Source: Bilabrum cf. latius
Taxonomy: Eukaryota
DNA: 64,000 bases
Reading direction: 5' to 3'
Assembly (NCBI GenBank): GCA_965178125.1
Contig: OZ237740.1
Coordinates: 1,364,001 to 1,428,000, forward strand
Below the pieces are notes generated by a model. That model ran no database searches. It was not told the DNA's origin and was given only the letters and a program-made list of their open reading frames with translations. The translations under genes were made by a program, and so were the position numbers. Of the stretch, positions 51,465 through 61,450 are shown in pieces. Within the stretch, counting starts at the first letter, position 1, and every line of letters starts with the position of its first letter.

Positions 51465-52594
51465 ATGTTTGAGGCCCGCCTGAACGATGCCGAGGTTCTG
51501 AGGAAGATTATCGATGCTATGAAAGACCTTGTCAGCGAGGCGAACTTGGATGTGTCCCCGGAAGGAGTTTCTTTGCAGGTAAGACAACGGATTGGTGCAA
51601 TTCAAATTTTGCGCCTGGATTGTCGAGCCAATTTGCTCATGCTGCCCCTTGGGATGGGTTCATATACCTGTGATATGTATATTATATACTTTGTGCATGT
51701 GGGGGCACGGCGGATAGCCGGCTAGGGGCATTTGAGTAGGGTGGACTGACGTTTTGAACAGCAGGCACCGGAAGCCTTTTTGATCCGCCTTGCCCGCTTC
51801 TTGCTCGATCCGTTTCCCTTCGCAGGCTATGGATTCTTCTCACGTTTCACTCGTGCACTTGCACATGGCATAGAACGCCTTTGACAGCTACAGATGTGAC
51901 AAGAAGATTTCCCTTGGTTTGAACCTCCAGAACCTCACCAAGATCCTCAAGTGCGCCAAGAAGGGAGATTCGGTGTCTCTCAAGGCCGAGGATGAGGGAG
52001 ATAGCATCAGCATCACGTTTGATAGCGAAGGTGAGACGCCTAATTGTGCATCCGGCAAAGCCCGGTGGCCGGCCATGTCGTGTATCTCGCAGCCCTTATG
52101 CCAACCTCTTTTCTGCCACCGCAGACGATGGTCGAGTGTCTGAGTTCGAGATGAAGCTCATGGATATCGACTCTGAGCATCTGGGCATCCCAGAAACCGA
52201 GTACAAGGTGGTGGTGGTGATGCCATCCGGCGAGTACTCGGGCATCATCCGCGACATGGCCACGATCGGCGAGACCTGCTCCATCCAGGTCAAGAAGGGA
52301 ACCATCGCGTTCGGTGTGGAGGGAGATTTGGGAACTGGGTCCGTTGAGCTCGCCGAGCGCGCACCCCCTGCCGACAAGCCCGATGCGGCCGCCGTGGAGA
52401 TCTCCATGGAGGAGGCCGTCGACCTGAGCTTCGCGGTGAGCTACCTGCAGCACTTCTCCAAGGGCTCCGGGCTGTCGAGCACCGTGTCGCTGTCCATGAG
52501 CCCCGGTGTGCCGTTGGTGGTGGAGTACCCTCTGAACGAGACCTCTTTCGTGCGGTACTACCTCGCACCCAAGATCGACGACGAGGAGGAGTGA
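51465..52594 (+). CDS. PCNA: Proliferating cell nuclear antigen; introns 51579-51825 and 52031-52124
   Basis: MFEARL...SLQ|AMDSSHVSLV..*NAFDSYRCD...KILKCA...FEMKLMDIDSEHLGIP...YYLAPKIDDEEE. In-frame TAG at 51871-51873. Ends in TGA. Confidence 0.97.
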
Positions 52595-52994
52595 GCGGCC
52601 CGGGGCGAGCACCGAGCACCTGCGCAGAGCGAAATTCCGCCGAAGCAGGGCGCTTGGAACATGAAGCCATAGACTGCTATTCTGTATTCTGACTATTCTC
52701 TGTTCCAGACGCACACAAGCCAAACCATACATTCGCCACGAGACTCTGCAAGGTGGGCTCCGCAACGGGCTCACCGCCATCCATATCTGATCCATATGGA
52801 TACCCTGCGGACACTGCTAGACATGGCCGCAAGGAACCCTTCTAATAATCGGCTAGCAGTCTGCGTCGGCAATGCGGTGATCCTCGTGGCTGAGATCGCC
52901 GCCGAGCTCGACCGCGCAGCCCCCATGAGCATCGCCTATCCAGCTACGAACCCCGGCCCGGCCGGACCCCCGGCCGGAACTCTCAGTGAGTCTC

Positions 52995-55900
52995 TCAGTC
53001 GTCCGCCACGAAGCACCTCAGGATGTCAATCACGCGGATGCAACCCACCGGCCGCACACCGTCGTCCACGAAGTACAGTTGGTGGATCCGCGTGGCGGCG
53101 AGAGTGAGCACGACCTTCTGCAGAGGGTCCCGCAGCCTGCAGTAGATGCTCGGGTTCATCACGTCTGCCCCCTTGTCGATCTGCTTGAGGAAGCTCTGCA
53201 CAGGCAGCTGCAGCGCGCTGAAGTTGGCCCGCCGCGCGATGGTCTTGGCGTCGCTCAGAGACACGTTGGTGGCCATGGCCCCGTACTCGTCCACGATGGG
53301 GGCCGCCGTGCTGCCCGCGTCCCGCATGCGCCGCATCACGTCGATGGCCCGGTCGCGGAAGGTGCCCACGACCATACCGCTGCCCAGCCGCTGCCCCAGC
53401 CCCAGCTCCTCGATGCTCAGCTGTCCCAGGGGGCCCAGCATGTCCAACCGCGTGGCCAGGAACCTGATGACGTCAGCCTGGGTCACCAGCCGCACGATCC
53501 TCCCTTCGGCGTCCACGATCGGCACCGCGTGCACGCCCTCGCTCAGCACGCGGGCCGCGTACAGCAGGGGACAGCCGGACGGAAGCGGGCGGAAGGCCCA
53601 TGAGGGCGTGAAGGAGGACGGCGAGGGGGACCCTGCGCCCGAGTCCGCATCAGACCCGTGCTCCGAGCCGCCCTCCGAGGCAGCGGGGCTGCCCAGCGAG
53701 CCGCCCGAGTGCGCGGCTGGCCGCGGGCCCGAGGCATCTGCGCCGCCCTCCTCTTGCCCCCCCGCACTTGCGCCCGTCAGCACGGGGGCGGGTGCCCCGA
53801 TGGTGGACCCGTGCACGCGCCGCAGCGGGGACCCCGAGGTGGAGGCAGCCACGGACTGGGAGGGCCCGCCCGTCAGGTGCCCGGAGCTGCCCGCCTGCAG
53901 CGACTCGGAGAGCATAGAGGCGGCTGCACCAGTGCCGCCAGCCGCACCCCGGCTGTCCTGGGAAGCCGGCGGCTGCGTGCCCACGGACCAGCCCCCCTCA
54001 GAGGCGGATGACTCGGCCCTTGAGATGGACCCGTCCCTCCCCTCCTCACCACCCGCTGCTGCTGCTGCTGCTGCTGACGATGGGGCGCCCTCTCCTGTCT
54101 GCATGGGCGAGAGGAAACCGCTGGGGAGCCCCGAGGAAACCGCGCCTGTCCCTGCCGTGGCAGAACTCGAGCCTCCGTCCACGGACCCACCCCTCCGCCT
54201 GCGGAACACGTCCCGGATGGGCTGCCGGAAGAACCTCTGCTGGTGCGCGAGGGCCTCTCTGAGGTGCCCCACCCCCTGCAGCGAGGACTTCTTCTTGCTG
54301 AAGATGTCCAGCATGTACGAGAACACGTCCAGCAGGTGCACCACGCCCACGAAGCGCCCTGCCTCGTCGTCGTACACGGGCATAGACAGGATGGAGTGGT
54401 CAGACATGGTCTTGAGCACGCTCTCCACAGTGTCCGTCACCTTGGCCGTCTTCACGTGACCAGTCACTCGGCCGCCGCCAATCTCATTCACGCTCGTCAC
54501 ACTCAGTAGCCGCAAAACGTCTGCATTCCGGCCGGCAGACCCCAGGGAGGCGCCACTCATCGAACGCCCGATGGTGGTCGGCGCACCCATGGAGCCCCTG
54601 GACCGCCTCGACAGCACGGCCTCACCACCCCCCGCACTGGGCGGCAGCTGCAGAACCCATCCCCCCGAGGAGGCCCCGGCTCCCTGCGCGGCCCCCAGTG
54701 GGGGGCTGCCCCCCGCCGGCATCCAGAGCCCGTCCCTGGTGCCCAGCGCCACCGGCACCATGCTCGGGTCCACGGGGGCGCCCAGGACGGCGCCGCGCAC
54801 CGCCGCTCGAGCGGAACTTCCAGGCCGCGTGGCGACGGCCAGCTGGCTGTTCTCTGCCTGTCCCCTCTCCCCCGGGTCCTCCGGCGTGGCCATGCTCACC
54901 GCGGAGAGGCCGCGCGCCACGGCGTCCGCGTGGGAGGGACCCGCAGCTGTGGGCACGGCCTGCAGCAACCCGGAGCCGAAAGGGGCCTCTCCCTTGCCGC
55001 TGCCGGCGCCCTCGCGCGCTCCGGTCTCCTTCTGGCTACCACCCGCCTCATCGGGCCCGCCCTCCTCCCTCTGTTCCCCGCTCTTGGACAGCGGGCTGTG
55101 CCGGCGGCGGTGCGTGGGCGACCGCCCGTCCGCCCCCCCCCTGCCTGCCCCCGCCCCCAGGGGGCTGCCCCTGCGCACCGCCGCCGATCCGGCCACCGAT
55201 GCGCTGGAGAAGGCCCCCGCCTCCCCCCACCTGGACGGGCGCTCCCCCCCCTTCGCGGGGGGCTCAGTGCCCTTGGGCGGGGGTGTCCCCGCGGTGGGGG
55301 CGTCCTCCTGGGCCTTGCCATCATTTTCCAGGGCCAGCTGCGCGGCGCGGTGCTGGGCCTCGAGCCGGCTGGGACTGGGACTGGGGGCGGCGCCCCACTC
55401 GGCAGACCCCCCCCATTGCATCGCCCCGCCGAGGGGGGAGGGGGCGGGCGCGGCGCCCACCACGTCTCCCGCTGCCGCCGTCAGCACCCCGATGGCGTGC
55501 AGCCCCCTGCGCGCCTGCTGCTCGGTGATGGAGCGCGCGCACAGCTGCACCCCGTGGTGGAACACCCGGCACTCGTATCCACCGAACGGCCAGCGGAACA
55601 CCGCGGCGCCGTGCAGGCGGTCCCGCACCCAGAATCCAGACACGGTGCCGCCTCCGGCCAGCTGCACGGTGCCAGCGCCGTGGCGAGTGTCTGCCACCCA
55701 CTGTCCCTCGAATGTGTCCCCGCTGGCGTACACGATTGACCCCTGCCCGTGCCGCTTGCCCGCCACCCACTGCCCGTCAAACACCCCTGTCAGTGCCCAG
55801 TCGTCCGCGCTGCCGCTGCCCTCGGACGGCGGCGTGCCCGACCAGGACATGCCGCTAACAGCGGCTGCGGCGCTCATGGCAGAGGCGGGACCGCCTTGGG

Positions 55901-56510
55901 GAGGTGCCATGGTGCCATCGGCTCCGGGAACTCCAGCGCCTAAACTACCTGCAACGTACGTGAAGATCCAGCCACGTCCGCGACCGTGCCGGCACCCCCA
56001 CTACCACTCGCCGTCGTACAGCCTAAAACCTGTCCTAGCGTCACGCAGCATGCCTTTCCCGTGGGCTAGAAGTACAGAGGGCCTGGTTGCGCCCGTTGGG
56101 CTGTTGCTTGCACCTTCATCAGCTCCTTCCCCCACGTTGCCTGGCGCAGCCGAAGAGACCTCGGGGATCCTGGAACGTGGTCCATTGCCTCTTGGTGGGG
56201 GTGGGACTGGAAACGCTTCAGTACTTGCCGCTTCTTCGAACATCGGGGCACACCATGTGCGCGCTTGCTCCTTCGATTCTCCGTCGCCTTCCACGGGCAG
56301 CCAAGGGAGGTACTGCACCCGCGATTGCTGCCGCTCCAATACTTTCCACGTAGATGATTTTACGTCAAGGAGCGACAGTATGTTTGCTTTTACCTCGGCT
56401 GGGCTGGACCGCACCGTGCTACCAGCGTACTGCGCATGGGGGCTGCATCCGGCAAAGGAAACGTCCACGCTACGCTCTCCGGGAGCAGCACTGCCTGTTT
56501 TCATCGACAT
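52995..56510 (-). CDS. MORN-repeat plus CBS-domain (Bateman, AMPK-gamma/Sds23-like) protein, ~1170 aa
   Basis: MORN repeats 'YDGEW*WGCRHGRG', 'FDGQWVAGKRHGQGSIVYASGDTFEGQW'. CBS motifs 'ILSMPVYD..FVGVVHLLD', 'VHAVPIVD..LVTQADVIRFL', 'AAPIVDE..VSLSD', 'RIHQLYFVDD..GCIRVIDILR'. TAG at 56001-56003 joins the two ORFs. Ends in TGA. Confidence 0.8.
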
Positions 56511-56699
56511 GGAGACGAATGAGCAGACAAAGCAGACACAAGATCGGACAGACCTGTGCTTGTTTACGAGTGATAGTTTGGGTTGGCGACCAGCTTGGCA
56601 TCACGGCGTGATGGGCCGGTGATTGACGCTCATCATCATTACGGCGGTTGCTACCAACGGCACAGCCACCAGTGCAGGCCGGTCTACGCAAGCAATCAG

Positions 56700-58478
56700 T
56701 CAGTGTGTACTTCGCAACAAAAGGGCCATCACTTCGCCAACTGCGGCAGCAGCCGCTTCGGCAGACTCGATCAGTTTCGGAGCAGCCGCGGCATCGCTAG
56801 CACCACTGGCGCTGCTCGCGGCCCCAGCTTCTTCATCAGGGGCGCTGCCTGCACCCGTATCTGCACCTGCACCACCGCTACCGCCGCCCATGGAGCCGCT
56901 AGCCGTCTCCGTCCCATCCCCGGCAGGGACGTGCAGCACCGTCACCGCGGGCACATCGCTCTCGTCCCCGGCCGCGCGGGCCGCCTGAGCCGCCGCCTCC
57001 GACCCCCCGACGCACACGATCACCGTCGGAGTCGCCGGAGCTTCGACGCCCTCGGCCGGTACCGTCGCCCCAGCATTGGCACCGGGCACCGCCGCCGCCC
57101 TCCTCGCCTCCCTCACCAGCTGGGTCCGCCGGGGAACAGTGTCCCCGACGGCCACCTCTGGGGCAACCAGCAGGTCGCTCGTCACACCCGTGCTCAGCGC
57201 GGCTAGCACTGCGTCGGCCACGGCGCGAGTGTCCTTCCCGTGGCTGTCGCTGAGGACGAGACACCGGCCCCGGCCCGCTGCCAGGGGCGCACTGCCCTTG
57301 TCCTCGCTCTTGCTGCCGGCTGCCTCCCCGGCCACCGCCCGTCCAGAGGCTGCTGCTGCTGCTGCTGCTCTTTCTGCGGCCCAGCCGGCCACTGCCCCCG
57401 CCATCAGTGTCTCCAGCGACACTTCCCCCTCCAGCGCACCCCCGCTCTCCCCCTTCCCCTTCCCCTTCCCCTTCCCCTCCTCCCCCAGGTCGAAGCCTCC
57501 CCCCGTGATCATCTCGAAGAGCATGCAGTACCTCCTTGACAGCTCCACCACCAGGTCACGGGGGGCGGCAGGGACGTCAACGTCCTTGTAGGGGTCGCAT
57601 CGCTCCTTGTACCACAGCCGCAGGAACTCCTTGTCCACATTGGCCGGGCTCTTGCCCTCCTCCATGCGTGCCTCGTAGTCCTGCGCCAGCCAGTAGCGGC
57701 TGCTGTCCGGCGTGTGGATCTCATCCACGAGCACGACCCTGCCCGTGGAGGGGTCTCGGCCCAGCTCGTACTTGGTGTCCACCAGCAGCAGGCCCCTCTC
57801 CAGCGCCTTCTTCTGCCCGAACTCGAACAGCCGCAGCGCCGCCGCGCTCGCCTGGTCCCAGTCGCCCTGCGACATCCAGCCCTCCTTGACGATGTCGGCG
57901 GCGCTGATGGGGCGGTCGTGCTCGGCCTCCTTCGTGGTGGGAGTCAGCAGCGGATGATCCAGCCTCTGGTTCTTCACGAGGCCTTCCGGGAGCTCATGGC
58001 CGCAGTACGACCGCACGCCGCGGTTGTAGTGCGTCCACATCGAGGTCGAGGTTGAGCCTGTGATGAACCCTCTGACCACGAATTCGATCGGAAATACCTC
58101 ACACTTCTTAACAATCGCCAGGTTTGGGTGAGGGCTCGCTACTATGTGGTTCGGCACGATGTCTTTGGTCTGTTCGAACCACCAAAGGCTAACCTGATTC
58201 AAGACCTGCCCCTTGTACGGCACACAGGTCAGGTTCCGGTCGAACGCACTGAGCCGATCAGTGGCAACGAGGACAACGTGATCACCAATATCATAAATGT
58301 CTCGAACTTTACCAGTTATCTTGGTACCAAGGCCAAGCGAGGTCGCAGAGATCACGCGACCGGAATCGAGCCGCTGCTACGCAGCTTTCTCGTACTTTCC
58401 TGGGTCTTTTGCCGACTGAACATCGACACCATCAGGAATAGCACGAGCTACTGCGGAGTCAGTCGCTGAACCACTCAT
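56700..58478 (-). CDS. purC: SAICAR synthetase with a degenerate PurE-like C-terminal extension
   Basis: 'GKVRDIY', 'TDRLSAFD', 'KGQVLNQ', 'PIEFVVRGFITGS', 'LVDTKYELG', 'DEIHTPDSSRYW', 'DKEFLRLWY'. ATG 58478 is reached through one TAG. Ends in TGA. Confidence 0.95.
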
Positions 58479-58770
58479 GATTGCCGCAAAATGTGGCGCA
58501 GTTGCACCACGTTGCCGACCAAGATGCGATTCATCGCATGAATGTGCGTAAGCTTGCTTCTCCGCTACTGCTGGCCATATTTCTGCGCTTGAGTGTCAGC
58601 CCAAGACTTTGAACCGCGACCCATACATTTGTAAGTGCTATTTGAATGCTAAAAGCTCTCTGTCGCCTGTAGTGGATCGCCAAATGTTCGTGAACCGGGA
58701 AGACAACGCGATTTGAAACTCGCCGTCTCCCCCAAACCACGCTTCGTCTTCGCAGAAATCTAAGACAGAA
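58479..58770. promoter_or_regulatory. Putative bidirectional promoter between purC and purF
   Basis: 292-bp AT-richer gap between divergent ATGs. Contains CAAGATGCG (58520-58528) overlapping the inverted repeat ATGCGAT-TC-ATCGCAT. Confidence 0.55.
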
Positions 58771-60605
58771 ATGCAAGCGCCGTCAAACGGATCTAGTGCT
58801 GTGGCTGCGTTGCCATTAAGCTCAGACCGCGACTCAGCGGGCGCCCTGGCCCTTGCACGCGATCATGCCGACAAGCCGGAGCATGAGTGCGGCGTGTTTG
58901 CCGTCTACGGCTCGCCTAACGCCGCCCGAACTATTTTCTTTGCATTGTTCGCGCTATAGCATCGCGGACAGGAGAGCGCGGGGATCGCTACGTCTCATCA
59001 CCATACGTTTCACGTGAAGCGAGGCATGGGGCTTGTTTCGCAGATTTTCTCCGAGACTAGCATGTCTGCACTCACGGGAAGGATGGGAATTGGCCACACG
59101 CGCTACTCGACCGCCGGCTCGTCGAGCATCGGCAACGCACAGCCATTTTTGCTCGAGACGGACCTCGGCCAGATTGCTGTGGCCCACAACGGGCAGCTCA
59201 CTCGAGTCAAGTCCCTGCGGAGGCAGCTCATGCGGAGGGGCACGGGGCTATACACCTCGACGGACAGCGAGGTCATCGCCCAGCTGCTCGCGCGGCCAGT
59301 AGGGGCCAGCAAGCTGGCGCTGGGCTCCATCGCGATGGAGACGGAGGACGAGGACGAGGACGAGGACGAGGGGGCTCACGCGGGAGCAGGTGCCAAAGGG
59401 GCAGGGGCAGAGGCAGGGCCCCCGAGCAAGAAGAAGGCAAGGACCGACGAGTCCGCAGCTTGGCCCGATGACCCCGGGGCGGGCCCCCTCTCCCACGCGG
59501 AGGGCCACAAGCAGGCGCAGGAGCTGGGCGACCGGATCGCGGCCCTCATCCAGCGCGCCGAGGGGGCCTACTCGTTCGTGGTCATGTCCAGGACGGCCAT
59601 CTTCGGGGCCAGGGACAGGCTGGGCCTCAGGCCGCTGTGCATTGGGCAGCGGACGAACGAGGACGGCAGCAAGAGCTTCATGTTCGCGAGCGAGTCGTGC
59701 GCCCTTGGCACAGTGGGGGCCCACTTCGTCAGAGAGGTCGTCCCGGGGGAGATCGTGACCATCGACCGCACCGGGGTGTCCTCCAGGTACGGGCTGGGGC
59801 TCGAGCTGCAGGTCAAGGTGCCCCGCGCGCTGTGCGTGTTCGAGTACGTGTACTTCGCTCGGCCCGACTCGCTGATGGAGGGGCAGCTGGTGCACGCGGT
59901 GCGGCAGAGGCTGGGGGCAGCGCTCGCCAAGGAGAGCGCGGTGGCCTCTGCCGACATCGTGTCGGGCGTGCCTGACTCGAGCATCGCGGCGGCGATCGGA
60001 TACAGCATGGAGAGCGGCAAGCCCTACACGGAGGTGTTCTGCAAGAACAGGTACATCGGTCGCACCTTTATCCAGCCGGACGACACCCTCAGGAAGAACG
60101 CCATCCACCTCAAGTTCAACGCGCTGGCGCACAATCTCGAGGGCCGCTCGCTGGTGCTGGTGGACGACAGCCTGGTGCGGGGGAACACCCTCCGCAAGCT
60201 GGTGCCCATGCTGCGCGAGGCGGGCGCCCGGGAGGTGCACATCCGCATCTCCAGCCCCCCGCTGCGGCACCCCTGCTACATGGGCGTGGACATCGGGTCC
60301 TACGAGGAGCTCATCGCGCACCGTGTCAAAGACGTGGATGCCATCCGGAGGCACATTGGGGCGGACTCGCTCGCCTACCTCTCCCTGGACGCCATGCTCG
60401 GGGCGGTTAGGGAGGGCATCAGCGACCAGATCTCGTCGGGGCAGGAGCATCCACCGGGGGAGGCAGGCGCACCGGCCGCTGCTGCCGCTGCACCCGAACG
60501 CACCGAGTCGCCGAGCATGCTGCTGGCCTCCAGTGGGGTGCCCCCCGTGCCCGTGCCCGTGCCCGCCGCAGGCAAGGCGGTGGAGGTGGAGGCCGGGCAC
60601 GGTGC

Positions 60606-60638
<33 letters not shown>

Positions 60639-61101
60639 TTCTGCTGCTGCTGCTGCGTCCTCGGCTGGGGGCGCTCCCGCCGAATCGGGAATGGTGGAGG
60701 CCGTGGGCAGCAAGCGGGGCCGGTCTCGCTCCGGGTCCGTGCACGTGCTACAGGGCGATGCGGTAGCCATCGCGGAGGGGGACCAGAAGGGTGAGCTTGG
60801 CCCGCTCGTGGCGCAGGAGGGGGCGGGCGGAGAGGGCCAGGGCAACGGGGCCGGGCCCAAGATGATGCAGTCGCCGCCCAAGCTGCTGGGGGCGACCACG
60901 GCAGGCGCGGCGCCCGGTTCCGCAGGGAAGTCTCTCCGGCTGGCGGGCCAGTCGTCCTCCCCCGCGCTGCGGCCTAAGAGCGGCATGCTGAGCCCCACGG
61001 CTACTGCGACGGTGCCCCCGCCCCCTGGAGGGTACGGCAAGCTGGATCATTGCTCAGCTTGCTTCACGGGCAAGTATCCACTGCCTGTGGAAGAGTGGTG
61101 A
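58771..61101 (+). CDS. purF: Amidophosphoribosyltransferase (GPAT), propeptide and [4Fe-4S]-type
   Basis: Propeptide ending 'KPEHE|CGVF', then 'L*HRGQESAGI', 'IGHTRYST', 'AHNGQL', 'CVFEYVYFARPDS', 'RYIGRTFIQP', 'VDDSLVRGNT', 'PCYMGVD', 'CSACFTGKYP'. Ends in TGA. Confidence 0.97.
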
Positions 61102-61450
61102 GGTGGAGAACTGCCAGTGATGGAGGCGGGTGCGGTGCCTAGGCTGGTCGTGGCGGCAGCCGCGAGAGGGAGCGGCAGGAAATGAGCGAACTAGGCCGGC
61201 TTCAGAGTGCCTGCGTCCTGTTATATACATATCAAATGCGTGATCAAATCGGTATGCCCGCCCGGCAAAATCGGTGACCGCCGACTGCACCAAGCCGGAA
61301 GAGCACGTTCGAATTTGCGACAAACGACAAGCCGAAACGTAGCTTCAAAAGTGATACCTTGTGCTACAGTTGCACCTTGTTGTATGCTACGTCTGATTGC
61401 ATAAGGCAAGCCGATCCATTCTTGTATTTGCAACACATTCACGGGCTGCG

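Noticed and set aside
58957-58959. TAG as pyrrolysine or programmed read-through
   Set aside because: TAG is far too frequent, aligns with conserved Gln, and no pyl genes are present. The context is eukaryotic.
43456-61101. Pseudogenes: in-frame stops in purL, PCNA, purC and purF
   Set aside because: The interruptions are always TAG, never frameshifts or TAA/TGA. They fall at Gln positions and catalytic motifs are intact.
43456-61101. Bacterial pur operon contamination or very recent HGT
   Set aside because: Spliceosomal introns, mixed strands, host TAG usage and low-complexity inserts, and interleaved eukaryotic genes (PCNA, sideroflexin) argue against it.
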